A stretch of 63,011 bases of DNA, the filler included, from Choristocarpus tenellus KU-1152 (taxonomy: Eukaryota; Protista; Phaeophyceae): NCBI GenBank assembly GCA_964200185.2. It is 15 parts of 15 records of this genome, joined end to end, with 100 filler letters (N's around TTAATTAATTAA, not from the genome) between each part and the next. Parts side by side here need not be neighbours in the genome. Positions count along the whole stretch, not along the records: positions 25,159 to 28,584 come from CAXNAD020020109.1; positions 28,685 to 33,481 come from CAXNAD020013022.1; positions 33,582 to 36,474 come from CAXNAD020023863.1; positions 36,575 to 41,292 come from CAXNAD020013358.1; 11 more parts are not named here. The stretch is one strand, 5' to 3'. The notes beneath the pieces are model-generated. The model was given only the letters and a program-made list of their open reading frames with translations, ran no database searches and was not told the origin of the DNA. The first letter of the stretch is position 1. Every line of letters begins with the position of its first letter. Positions 26,703 through 38,819 of this stretch are shown here, piece by piece. Position numbers and translations under genes: made by a program.

Positions 26703-26857
26703 TCTCTGTGTGCACGCACTCACTCTCTTTGACCTCAGCAAGGATGTCCTCGTTGACGCCCAGAACGAAACCCCTCTCATGGCACCCTTGCTCTGACACC
26801 TTGATGTGACCCTGAGTTAGGAAGTCTCTTTCCCATTTACTCACAGTTTCCGGCCTT

Positions 26858-27016
26858 CAGTCGTCCATTTGGACCAAAATCAGGAAAAGTGCATTTACAG
26901 TATCCATCTGACGTATGCAACCAAATCACATAAAAATNNNNNNNNNNCAAAAATCGCGACATGAAAAAATTGACCCCAAATGGACAGCCGCCACCCCCTC
27001 CCAGATACTTTGAGCC
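26858..27016. mobile_element. MITE family B (left end deleted)
   Basis: Ends CCCAGATACTTTGAGCC; absent from the paralogous site near 41935. Confidence 0.85.
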
Positions 27017-28756
27017 CTGACCATCGCATATCCTACTGCCATCTCGAGCGCCGTTTGACAGTCTTTCCTGTCGTTCATACGCACATACAGGATTCGCTGT
27101 GTTAGAGCCTTAATTATCACATTTCCTCATTGAGGACTGGAAATGGGCGTTGTCCGTGTTTCCTGGATGGGTGATATTTTATCATCAGGACAGCCTTGAG
27201 TTGATCGAAAATTGTGTTGATTTCTCGAATGAATGCAGGCTGGGAGAAAGCCTTAATCAACATTATACGTCTAACCCCAAGTCCAGGATCAAAAGTGGAT
27301 GCACGGCATCTTGCAAGAAGTGGGGGACACCAAACCATTGGAGTGCAAATAGTCTTAATCTCCCGTCCTCTTCTTCTCTGGCGTCCACGTCGATGGCTAC
27401 CTCCACCTGCTTCGCGACCTCTTCTAAGTAAATGATTCGGTGGTATCGAAAAGTCTCCACAGCTGCCTTTGTTACGATCGCTTTCTCCTCCACCTTGCGA
27501 GCCCTTTCGACCTTCTTTCGGGATTCCGAGCCCTTGTAGCCGAACCCTAACATCTTCTTTCGCGTTTCCTTAAGCCCCTCTGGCTCACACATCTTCAAGA
27601 CAGCCAAGGCCTGCTGCAACTGTCGACTACTAAGATATTCTACACCCGGGTTTTCGCTTAGGCCTTTGCTGAGCGCAATGGCACGCAGTCGCACTGCTCT
27701 CTTCCCCAATCTTCCCTTCGGGCGACCACCCCAGTTCTTCCTTCACCCGCCGTGACCAGGCTTCCCCACAGACTTTATGACTGTATCACCTGGTGATGGA
27801 CTCGCCACTCTCTTCCTACTTTCCCCTGGTGGCAGAGACTGCAGAGCAGTGCTCCAACATGGTAGAAGATCCAACCACGTCTGTGTCGTAATGTTTTCAA
27901 TGCATCTTCTCTCAGCATCAGCGTCACAGCCCCATGATCCATTTCGCGATTTGATTATGCTGCTGCACTACACTACTCGCACTTTCTCGTCACCTAGCTT
28001 GGCACTGAGTATCACACGGTACTTGCTTTTCCCTCACCTCTCGACAGAGAAGGTGCCGAGGGTAGATCCAGGGGGCAGAGTGATCCCGGCGGCTCTCCTT
28101 GTCTCACCGTCGTGGTTCATGTTACTGTGTAAGTCACGCATCTGTGTCCTCACAGAAAGTCTGCAAAAGGCGTTAAAAATATGTCCGGAAATCTTGAGTT
28201 TTTTGTTTCGGTATCGCCACACCGGTCAAACTTGGGTACCCCGGACCAGTTTTTTGCAAGGAGTTTAGCCAATCACTTCATTTTTGTCCGTTTTGAAGTC
28301 GTGACCTTCGAAATTGCGCCGGAGATATTACCCCGCGTTTTTTTCATTCTTTGATCGAGACATAGCTCCCGTTCCCCGAAGCCTGGACATCGTGGATACA
28401 AATTTTCAAAAGCTCTTGCCGTACCCTTTCATTTGATATATACATTGTTGTATAACTGTTGTGGCGTTCCAATGAAAAAAACTACGATTGCCACAGAGGG
28501 CGAAGGTACTGGTACCACCTTAGAGGAATTATCCAATCGAAGCGACCAATTCACATTTGTTTTGGGCCAAAGTATCTGGGGGGGNNNNNNNNNNNNNNNN
28601 NNNNNNNNNNNNNNNNNNNNNNNNNNNNTTAATTAATTAANNNNNNNNNNNNNNNNNNNNNNNNNNNNNNNNNNNNNNNNNNNNATGTTTTGGACATTCA
28701 TTTTGTGTCTCTTTAATCCCAAATGGAGGTAGGGAGGGGGTCAGCACACGGCGCAC

Positions 28757-31542
28757 CTGAAAGTAAAGCAACGAAACCATCCTTTGAGCCACCTCGAACT
28801 CTGGCTTGACAAAAGGCTTGTTCGAGAACTTCTCCAAGCATTATTCATGCATGTGGGTTCAGGAGGGATCCGAGGGAGGAGGCAGAGCGACAGGTGGTGG
28901 GATGGCTGGACCCGACTGAGTGAGAAGTAATCAAGGCGTGTAAGGGGCAGTGCACTTAGTTGTTGTGCAACAGGTGGTTTGTGGGGTACTAGTAATTTTG
29001 CAGTGTGTGCGGTAGTTTACTTATAGGTCAACAGGCTAGGAAGGGAGGAGGTAAGTATTGTAGAGAAGTACAAGACTAAATGTCAGCAAAAAATGGTACT
29101 TCGTACTTTTGTAGTAGTAGTAGTACTACTAGTTAGCCAAAGTAAGACGAGAGGTAAGTTAGTTTTTTTTTGGCAGTTTTGCGATTTCAGAGAGCTTTTT
29201 AATCTTTCGCAGTTCACCCATACTTCTACCGATGGAGTGCTAACTTCGACTTGGAAGGTTTGATTTCTCTGTTGTTTGAAAAGTTTTGACACAATTCAGA
29301 AATTTCCTACATGCATTTGTAAGAACAGGCGAATTTTGCACATGTTTGGCAGCATCCTTAGAATGCAACCCTGGGTACCTCTTGTTTACTTTGACTCAGT
29401 ATTACTACTAATGGTACTAATACTTTAAATAGTACTAATAGTACCAATAGTACCAATAATACCAATACTACTAATGGTACTAATAGTACCATTATTACTA
29501 TTGGAACTAATAGTACTAATAATACTAATATTACCAAAAACACTGTTGGCACTAGTAGTACTAATACGTACAAAACATACAAAGGGTGATTGATTTTTTT
29601 TTTTTGACCACTAAAGCTTCAACAAGTAAATTTTGACTTTGCATTCATCCCAAGGAAGCCAGGCATTTTCTCTCTCACTGGTGTTGAAAAATCCCTAGAC
29701 ACATTGCACGGCATGAAACGCTCAGGGCAGTAATTGAGGAGAGGTTTGAGATTTGGCATGCCCATCTTCAAGGATCGATCGAGCCAAGCCCAGCCTGGCT
29801 CCAGATGTCTCTCCACAGAATTCAGATGCACAGAGAGGGGGTGTTGTCGTCGTTTTATTCAACTGTCTCACTCGTTACCAGTTCCATAATGGTGAACACG
29901 GACAGTGCATGGGGTCAGGGTTAGTGCTAGCTCCAAATCTAAGGTTTACATTATGATTTGGATGGATCCTTGGCTTAAGTTCTTGCGTGATATCACAATT
30001 CCGTCCACATACCTTGACTCTCAACTGCATAACCCTCATGGTCGAGTAGCTGAGTATTTTGGAGAATATGAACTCTGTCAGTACCAGCTGGTAGAGTCCG
30101 GTACTAGCCTGGCAATGGTTGGTTGACTGCGCATTATCCAGCATGCACAGAAAATTCACAGATGGCATACTTCTCAACGTACACTGTTCCAATATACAAA
30201 CAGAGGCAGCTGTGGAGCAAGAAATAATATGAAGCTCTGCTAATTACTACTGGTGATTAGAAATTGGAGATTCTCATGCAGTGTCAACCACCAAGCCTCC
30301 ATGGAGACAATGGAGCCACCCTCATTTGTGCACGAACCTGATCTAGACGGCAAGAGTATTCAGAAGGGGCAAACACTTGCCCAACTTGCTGTCGAATATG
30401 AGAATAACTGACACACGCACACACAGACACACACACAGAGGGAGAGAGAGAGAGAACAATAAATACAAGGTATGGGGTCAAGAGTTCATCAATATAAATA
30501 ATAACCCAAATCAGAATATTCTCATCATTTTCCCAACACAAAATAGCAGCCGAGAAAATTAATTAGAACCTCCCTCGATTAAGCAACAGGAGCAGTCAAG
30601 CATACTTGTCAGTGGCAAGTAAGTAGGGATTGGCGAGGAGCATGTAGCTGAGCGCCTGGATGAAGGCGTTAAGAATCTTGGCCAGGAACATTCTGGTGGT
30701 CAGCATATATGTGACACTTTCCTCGGTGTCCCACTTCTCAAATTTGGTGATCGCCTGACACCAAGAAAGACAGCAGCCCAAAATCTCTGTGATGGGTTCA
30801 CTTGTTGTGTGCTTTAAAGTTTGTGTGATATTGAACATCATATTGATTTTTTTAAGGAGGATAGTGACATTAGGCTCAAAGTATCTGGGGGGGGGATCTA
30901 CACCGGGGTGTCCATTTGGACCCTGACCAGGAGAAGTGCGCTTATATTATCCATTCGACACATACAATAAAATCACCCAAAAATCGCAACATGGAAAAAT
31001 GGGCCCTGAAAGGACAGCCGCCACCCCCACCCCCCAGCCCCCCCAGATAATTTGAGCCATAATAAAATGTATGAGACGAGGATCCTCATGTTGATTCCAG
31101 TTGATTCTGTGCTAACGTGTATGTGGTTTGGAGTCTATTCCAAGAACAAATAAGCAAAGTATTTTTTTCCATTTTTTCTGCCAATCTATTCCTAAGCAGC
31201 ACAGCTATATTGAGAATCTGGATTTTGACTTGCTGATCGTATGGGGTAGCTTAGTTGCATGAAAAAATGTGGGCACACAAATGCTGGAGCACATATTCAA
31301 AATCCATGTGCAAGAGTTATATAGAACATCATCTATTGACACCAATGGTTCACAATGCCCTCGACCTTGATGAGTGTAGGCATGATGGCATTAATGATAG
31401 TCACGGCTGCAGGGACAATTGAAGTGGCAATTACTCCACTGGCTCTTGATAACCCTGATAAAGACTGCAGGTGTGTAGCTAGTCCTTCCACAAGTGAGTC
31501 TGCCTGTGCCGTGAGAATAATGATCCCTGTCCAAGCTGAGCC
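28757..31542 (-). CDS. Transmembrane channel-like (TMC family) protein, five internal exons
   Basis: Exons 31542-31366, 30754-30606, 30407-30338, 30108-30013 and 28831-28757 splice in phase: IVPAAVTIINAIMPTLIK|AITKFEKWDT...RMFLAKILN...|...YSCRLDQ|ASTGLYQLVLTEFI...|KPFVKPEFEVAQRMVSLLYFQ. Confidence 0.85.
29134..29397. mobile_element. MITE, family C-type ends, 3-bp TSD AGT, intronic
   Basis: AGT|TAGCCAAAGTAAGACGAGAGGTA ... GGTACCTCTTGTTTACTTTGACTC|AGT. Confidence 0.75.
29398..29570. repeat. Degenerate (TAC/AAT) 9-bp-periodic microsatellite
   Basis: AATAGTACT/AATAGTACC-like iterations; a similar tract lies at 47730-47865. Confidence 0.85.
30873..31058. mobile_element. MITE family B, complete, intronic
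   Basis: GGCTCAAAGTATCTGGG ... CCCAGATAATTTGAGCC; flanks TTA/ATA. Confidence 0.9.
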
Positions 31543-31779
31543 CTAGCGCACAGAAAAAGCATATACTCCAGGACAGGGGAGGAGGGCACAAGGTTGCTGC
31601 TCGAGCTGCCCAATGGTATCATCATGGCTAACACTGCTGACAAATGAGAAGACAGAAGTTTGTGGTGGCACATCAAACACGGCTCAGAAGCACGGTTGAC
31701 CATTTGGCACAGTTTACATGTCCTCCGAAATAATTAGCATTTTTTACAAGGAGGCGAAAGCGCTAACATTCAACGCTAA

Positions 31780-31862
31780 GGGTGCCCCCCCCCCCCTCCC
31801 CCTACTACGGATCTTGGATGGTTTTATCCGTTAGTATGTAGGGGGGCAGTGGAGAGTTACTC
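31780..31862. mobile_element. Tiny palindromic MITE flanked by (C/T)TAA
   Basis: CTAA|GGGT...CCCCTACTACGGAT...ATCCGTTAGTATGTAGGGG...ACTC|TTAA. Confidence 0.5.
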
Positions 31863-32770
31863 TTAACACATTGGCCAGTGATGACCCTCCTTTGGCTCAA
31901 AGAGCCCCTTAATTTCTGTTAGCAGCTTCTAGTATCCATCATTAGGTCTACTCATTATCTCCCCCTACAACTCACACAGTAGTGATGCAATTGTTGGTGG
32001 GACTAGTCTACGTTATGTGTAATGGTAATGGTAAGGATAAGGGTAAGGGTAAGGGTTAGGGTTTCGCATTGTATTGGCTCATGTGATATCGAAGTACGGA
32101 TGCAGATTGTTCTATTGGCCTAGAAGTTACTTTTCGTATCACATCCCCTACCCGTCCATAATGTGACTTTCGGTGTCTGTAAAGTATCTACACATCTTCC
32201 TGACACTTGTGAAACAAGGCCTGCCTAGGATGTATGATCCAAGCAATAACGATGAAGCAGCCAAGGAGAAAAATGTACATTTGGAAGTTGTTCAATGACC
32301 TATCCTCTGCTGTGCTCATTGATGGACAAAGATGTTCCGACCACGTGCTTCCTTCTTCTTGTAGATTGCAACGTATAACTTTGCTGCATAATATTGTGAG
32401 GCCCTCTTACACACCTGCACCCCAATATAGAGAAAGAAACCCACCACCCGGCAGATGTACAGCTTTATTTTCTCTTGCAAGCTCCTGCTCGGAACAGAAA
32501 GTTGAAATTGTTACAAACTTGTCAATCATGAGACGGTGTGGAAGAGTACTTTTTCGCAAACAGTAGCTAGCTAAGTGGTGTATCTCACTTGCCTCAAATT
32601 AGTTGCTGCGTATTCTTGTCTCAAGCCCTCTATCTCTAAACCACTCTTTCTCTGCACGCATTTGAAATGCTGAGTGATCCTGCACTAATCTCTATTAGAA
32701 TTTGTGTTCAGTATACCTTGAAAAAAATGTCCTAGCACTTGTACCATTAATTACACATGGCTCTTCTACT

Positions 32771-33021
32771 GAGTCAAAGTATCTGAGAGGGTAAACCTGC
32801 GTCCATTCGGGGATCAAAATTCATTGTTGTGATTTTGATGNNNNNNNNNNTTTGTTAAGAAGTGTCGATATCCTTATTCTAGACACACCTTTTAATATCA
32901 TACACATTTTACCTACTCCGAAACATTTCGGGGTAGGAAAATGTTATAAAAAAGATGTGGGAAGTCAAGCCGCAAATGGACAAATATGGGAAAACTCGTA
33001 CCCTCTGAGATACTTTCACCC
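32771..33021. mobile_element. MITE family A, complete, 4-bp TSD TACT
   Basis: TACT|GAGTCAAAGTATCTGAGAGGG ... CCCTCTGAGATACTTTCACCC|TACT. Confidence 0.93.
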
Positions 33022-33439
33022 TACTGTGATCTCACGTTTTCCCCCATCCATGTCTTATCCAATGCTCAAAGAGTTTCCATTACATGGTACGTCAGCGGAA
33101 ACATGAGGGGTGCACTAGATTTGCGAGGACCTATCTCCATTCCATCAATTGTGATGTGTATCATGTTGTCTCCTTGTCAAGGCATGGATGAGGGAAGTAC
33201 ACAGTGCCGACAATATGTGTGCACCCAGTGTGAATGTCATTCGATTGACATTTATGTAGTCCATGAGCATGTGCAAAAGACATTAAATATTGAAAAATAT
33301 AAATAAGGGTGTATATAAACTCCATATGTTATTCTAGTCATCAAAGAGTCACTGCATCAGTTTCAGTGAAGGTATGCCTTGCACTTTGCCAGCATGCTTA
33401 AAAAAACGCAACTCTTTTTTAGATGCTAGCCTCTCGTGA

Positions 33440-33481
33440 GAGTCAAAGTATCTTAGAGGGTAGAGCCACGTCCATTTGGGG
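33440..33481. mobile_element. MITE family A end (truncated)
   Basis: GAGTCAAAGTATCTTAGAGGGTAGAGCCACGTCCATTTGGG. Confidence 0.88.
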
Positions 33482-33614
33482 NNNNNNNNNNNNNNNNNNN
33501 NNNNNNNNNNNNNNNNNNNNNNNNNTTAATTAATTAANNNNNNNNNNNNNNNNNNNNNNNNNNNNNNNNNNNNNNNNNNNNATCTAAAAGTCGCGGGTCC
33601 AGTGTGGGATAGTT

Positions 33615-33835
33615 CAACAAGATCTCCACATCCCTGTCAGAGGCGTACGTACACTTCCTCATCCAAGTCGGATTGAACAAATGCCTGCTCCACATCTAGA
33701 TGCCACAATGCCAAGTCCAACTCACATGCCATACTGGCCATCAGCCTAACTGATGAGAGGGAAGGAGTGGGGGCAGAGGTCTCGAAATAATCAAGACCTT
33801 AGCTCCTGACCAAAACCCTGAGCAATTAACCTAGT
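33615..33835 (-). pseudogene. Ty1/Copia reverse transcriptase fragment
   Basis: RLIAQGFGQE/GLDYFETSAPTP...VRLMAS...LWHLDVEQAFVQSDLDEEVYVRL. Confidence 0.9.
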
Positions 33836-35672
33836 CGTGGGTTTAGGTAATTCAGTTTTGGCGCAAACCCGATCTTCACCGAGATGAATCCCTCCAGACG
33901 ACAAAACGTGACCCAGATAACGAACTTCTTTAGTTCCAGATTGGACCTTTAATGGTTTCAAGGTTAAACCTGCTGCTTGCAAAGCTTTGGGTTGCTGCTC
34001 TAATATGTGTAGATGTCGTTCCCATGTGGGAGAACAAGCAATCAAATCATCCATGTAAACCAGCAAACCACTAAGTGGTCCAAAATTGGCAGAGGTTATT
34101 GGCATGATCCTTTGAAATTGCCAAGGGGCATTTGATATTCCAAACAAACGCAGTTTTATCTGTTAAAGCCTGAATCGAATGCATCGTATATGTAAGCAAA
34201 ATGCATAGACTACGAGCGATGAGGAAGCATGGTGTTGCAAAGCACCGATGAGTGATATGCTTAGTCTATGTTATGGATATAGATGTGATTGTGCTGCAAA
34301 GAACCGAGGTATTTATTCTGTTGTAACTGAGGTCATCGATCTCTCATTCAAGAATGATGCGATGTGAATTCAGTATTCTTGGTTGCTCCATCCAGAATAA
34401 TCTGATGTGAATTCAGTGTTCTTTCATGAGATACCCAACGGAAGAAGTCTATGCTCTGTGGAGAGGCTTGTTACCTTGGCTGGCAAGATTTTCCGTAGAT
34501 GGTTTTAATTCTGATTATATTGCATGCATGCTTGTGTTTGATACACAGTTTGCAGAGTGAGTTTGGTGCATTTTGAGGGATCAATGGCAGTCAAGAAAGA
34601 AATAATAATCATTAACGTACAACTCTCACCTTCTGCTGATATGAAGAAGAAAGAGTGAAAGAAAAACAAACAAGAAAACAAGAGAACAAGAGAACAAACT
34701 TGAACCAATATGTGATGCAACTCAAGTGACGTATACTATGCTATCTATTCATATGGAACGCAGAGCGACTGTTCTGAACTAAGGTGTTCTGATTGTAATT
34801 GATGTGGTGATGATGAACTAGTGAAAGTAACGTCCAGAACATAACAGACCAATGAACAGTCAGTGTTGACTGGTGGAACTGTATCGTATCGAGGAACAAA
34901 CAGATGAGGAGCCTATGTTTTAACACTATCAATAATATCTTCAGCAACTGGAATTTGCCAATACGCACTCTGAATATCACAAACGATGACAAATTTAGCA
35001 CCACCCACGGTATCAATAAGAGACTCCATATCAGGCATTGGTTGTAGGTGTGACACATTGCTACTCTGTTCAGTAGGTCTTACGTGATTGACATAGTTTC
35101 CCCGAGCTTGAAGCTTCAACAGATCCTGAAGTCATTCAGGTGGCACAGTGTTTGTTCTCGCACACTCGTTCACGTGGTGCGCAATAAATGCTGGGACAGC
35201 ATCACCAAACTAACTGTCTTCTCGGTAGCTCAGGGGTTTACTAGTGTTTCAACAATCGCCACGTCACAAGTAGTAGAACTTGGAGGCGAGACAGAGGATT
35301 GCTCTGAAAAAGGACACGGTGAGTGTGACGGTCGTCCGAGCTGACACGATGCTCAAAGGTCGACGACATGGTTCCTGTCTGACGATGACGATCCCGGGAA
35401 GATGGAGGGGACACACGTCTACGGTTCGCATTTCTTACATCAGTAGACCATGCAGACGATTGACTCGGCGAATCGTAATCATGGTTGAGAAATCCAAGTC
35501 CTCTGTTGATTATATTTTCGTCGACTTCCTTTGCTTCTCTTGATTCTTTGAGGTGTTCAGCCAGACGTTCTTGTTTACACCGCTTTCTTCTCGATGTTGC
35601 ATTCGGAATCTTGAGTAAGTGGTCAAATAAAAATGACCTGTCACCTATCTCTGAGTTTACCGGTGTCGCCAA
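33836..35672 (-). mobile_element. Ty3/Gypsy LTR retrotransposon relic (PBS, gag, RT)
   Basis: PBS-like TGGCGACACCG at 35671-35661; PMPDMESLIDTVGGAKF..CDIQSAYWQIPVAED / DKTAF / FGISNAPWQFQR...LVYMDDLIA...VRYLGHV. Confidence 0.9.
34161..34925. mobile_element. Solo LTR inserted in the Gypsy RT
   Basis: TGTTAAAG...TTTTAACA termini, flanks TTATC/CTATC (5-bp TSD, 1 mismatch); removal restores AEDIIDKTAF. Confidence 0.85.
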
Positions 35673-35734
35673 TATGAATTGTGTGATTCTGGGTCGGCGT
35701 GGTTCCCTCAGGCAAGGGTGACAAAGAGAATCAC

Positions 35735-36400
35735 CGTGTAAGATGGACTGTGAAGAAATTTTGCCAGATGCACTCTAGTATCACCCAGGGATAAACATCG
35801 AACGTCTCCATTGTGACCTCCACCTCCTCCTCTGCATTGGTCACCCCCACTTCTTCCTTCAGTTGATGGGTGGAATGAAACAATCCTAGGTCGTTGATGT
35901 TGAGGTCAAGTGAGTTGACTGACTGGCTCTCTATGACAGTGTCATCCCCCGGTGCCTTCTCAATTGCCCCCATGTTCCCCCCCTTGATGTGTGGTGACTT
36001 TACCCCGTCCTGCTGCAAGAAGATGGTGTGTCCTTCCAGCCTAAGCGTGTGGGCCTTGATTGCGAGGATGACATCCTCTATTACAAGCTTCTTATACCTC
36101 TCTCCAACCACTGTGGCTGGCACAGGCACCTTAGTCCCCTTGGGGTGGTGTTTGATGGGGCGCTGAGTGCCCTCAGTTTCCACAATTGGTCAGATCCCAA
36201 TTTTCCCATCAAACCATACCATGTTGGAGAGCTTCTCAGGGCAGGCCACAGCTGTAATGGGCATTATCTTCGTGATGTAACGCTTATACTATGCCTGTGG
36301 GGGTTTGGGGGGGTCCTCAGTGGGGTGCAGGTACACACCTTGCCCATCTTTGTGGATGTAAAACCACTTCTTGGCCACATGCATCCAGTCATATAGATCG
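35735..36400 (-). pseudogene. Mariner transposase fragment, DD39D (plant-mariner-like) type
   Basis: WMHVAKKWFY (cf. HVDEKWFY), WFDGKIGI, FLQQDG..PH, QSVNSLDLNINDLGLFHS (cf. QPPNSPDLNVLDLGFF). Confidence 0.88.
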
Positions 36401-37102
36401 TCTCGTAAGGGCCATAGTAACCCAGAGGTACCCAGCTTTTGGTCATTCTGCATTATGGGTCAAAGTATCTGGGGNNNNNNNNNNNNNNNNNNNNNNNNNN
36501 NNNNNNNNNNNNNNNNNNTTAATTAATTAANNNNNNNNNNNNNNNNNNNNNNNNNNNNNNNNNNNNNNNNNNNNCTGGCAAATACGTTGCGGGGCAGGGG
36601 GGAAAGGTAGGGGGGGGGGAGGGAAACAGGCTGGTTGCATACAGAATGATGGATGGATTGAATGGAACGAGAGGACATAGAGTCAGTAACGGGGGCAAGT
36701 TGGAAAGAAGAATAAAAGAATGGGAAAGGCACAAAAAGGATACTTCAATTTTGTTTGTCACCACCCCAACAAACAGAAGTATAAAGTAACAAGGGCTGAG
36801 TAAAATCATTAACTGAGAATCACCACGTACGGTACATTTTATCCATATAAAAAAATATACATACCTTACATAGAAAAAAGATGCAATCAAGTTGGAGAAC
36901 GTAGATGAGGAGGATGAAAATGCAAAAGCTGTATCTTAGGAAAATTAAACTATTGCAAACCTTCCATTGGGTCATACCTGCAATACTTCTCCACAGGAAA
37001 ATTGTGTATGATGCAAGGGGTGCAATAGAACAACTTTGTAGCAAAGTTGAAAACAAGGGAGTTCTGCCATGATCAACTGCCCCTCCCCCTTTCCCTGCCT
37101 AC

Positions 37103-37931
37103 CTCATCATCATCATCTGTGGAGCTGTTCATAAATGGTACGAGCTCTGCCAAGACACGCTCCGGGCCCAAGGCCTCTGCAATGACTGGGAGGTTACGAG
37201 TTGCCTCAACCCTGAGGTTCAACTCATCCGCCTTGAGGTGCTCGATCAGCATCGCAATCTGCTACAGCAGAAGAGAAGTAGGGGGGTAGAAGGGGGGGGG
37301 AGGGAGCGAATACGTAAGTTGCACCCTGAAAAACTGGGATAGGGTACTGCAATAACTCGGAGAAATTATTGTGTTGGCTGAAGCGTTACAGTTCAATTGG
37401 GCAAGCAGACGGCAGGGTAACGGGGATATCTGGGGCCGAGGAAGGGGGGGGGTTGGCACAAGGTGTAACTGATGGATGTATTGTCAGGAGATAAGTTTTG
37501 ATTACAAACAAACAAAATACACCCCTCAGGAGAATGCCTTTGAAGAATGTAGACTTGCTTCACACGGAGCGTCTAATTACAATTCAAGGACCTCAAACGT
37601 GGTCTTGGGACCAAGCCGAGACTGGAGGGATGCAGCTAGAGAGCATTCCAAACTACAGACAATACTGTTTGCCAATAAGCGAAGCCATCCGACTACTTCC
37701 ATCTTCTATCAGTGATTTGGGATTCAAAACAGGGGCAAGAGAGCTTCCATCCAGATATGGAAACACAACGTTTTCCCCAACCAATCATCCCAGAGCCAAA
37801 TACAACGCCGGTTCACACGTACCAAAATGACATCCACAGCTTGTGAAGCACCCTCCCCACGTACTTTCCCCCACCTGGTAGTAGTCCCCATCATCCTCCA
37901 CAGTCTTCATAGCAGATTCTTCTGTGTCCAT
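37103..37931 (-). CDS. PPP2R1A: PP2A scaffold (A/PR65) subunit, exons 1-2, partial
   Basis: Exon 37931-37875 MDTEESAMKTVEDDGDYYQ; exon ~37258-37103 IAMLIEHLKADELNLRVEATRNLPVIAEALGPERVLAELVPFMNSSTDDDDE, the first HEAT repeat of PP2A-A. Confidence 0.88.
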
Positions 37932-38819
37932 TGTATCCGCACTCTACCAAATTGCAGGGCACCCGTGGATCTCCACGGGTGCCGTACTGTGATTAGACGG
38001 ACAAGAAAAGTGGCACGAAAGACCCTCCCCTTGATGGCGGCACTGCCCTATCGCTCTTCAACTATACCGCCAGCCACAGACGTCGAAGACTAATCTAGAG
38101 TTTTCTCCACCCAGCACCAAAAGGAGGTGCAACCTGGATTGAAAACAATCTGTACAGCAAAGTAGTACAAAACAGGATGCGGTGCTCTTCGCACCACCTT
38201 TTCAAAAGGATCCACTATATCTCTGCCACCCTCACAAAATTAGATCAATGGTGCAACTACTTGTCCTTTCTCCTACGTTTCCTTGTCGCCCTTGTGAGGG
38301 TAAACAGCAAGATGTAAAAATTTGGTTCAGAAACAAAGTAGGAACCTACAGTGATAGTAGTTGTCCAACAGTAGTCGTACTAAAGTTGGTATCTCTCAAC
38401 TCTATACAACAGTAATCACACCCTTATCACGCCCCCAAGCCCTAACCCTAAGATCACAAGATCCATCACATCATCAGGTCACATCCACATCCATGAAGAT
38501 ATAACGTCGAAACGGGCGCCCCGAAATCGTAGTAGAGGGGTAAAGTTCTTAGAGAAGGGACCGAGCATGGCTTGTTTCCCACACCCCCGCCTAAATCCCA
38601 TATCTGGTTCAAATAGTGAGTCGGCTCAGGACAACTCTCTTCGTCCACTTTGTTTTTCCCCCATATGCGGATCAACGACCATCGTTACGGCCGTTGCTTC
38701 GGGGTTCATGCCCAATCCGGAGGACAAGCAACAACCAAAGCCTTTCTTGGACTCCATTTCCCCTAAGATACCATGCACATTAGCCTGGCTTGCTGTGGCC
38801 GGCCTGACAGGACTCGACA

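Larger units (their letters stand above)
26241..28520 (-). mobile_element. TIR DNA transposon (IS630/Tc1-like deletion derivative) with two nested MITEs
   Basis: ~30-bp TIRs GTGGTACCAGTAGCTTCACCCTCTGGGG / CCACAGAGGGCGAAGGTACTGGTACCAC; decayed ORF ETVSKWERDFLTQGHIKVSEQGCH...NEDI; second copy at 41393-42360. Confidence 0.7.

Noticed and set aside
29358-29582. Hydrophobic V/L-rich ORF (also 47724-47960)
   Set aside because: Translation of TAC/AAT microsatellites
32220-32365. Minus-strand hydrophobic frame (FQMYIFLLGCFIVIAWII) as an upstream TMC exon
   Set aside because: No convincing phase-compatible splice sites or family motif
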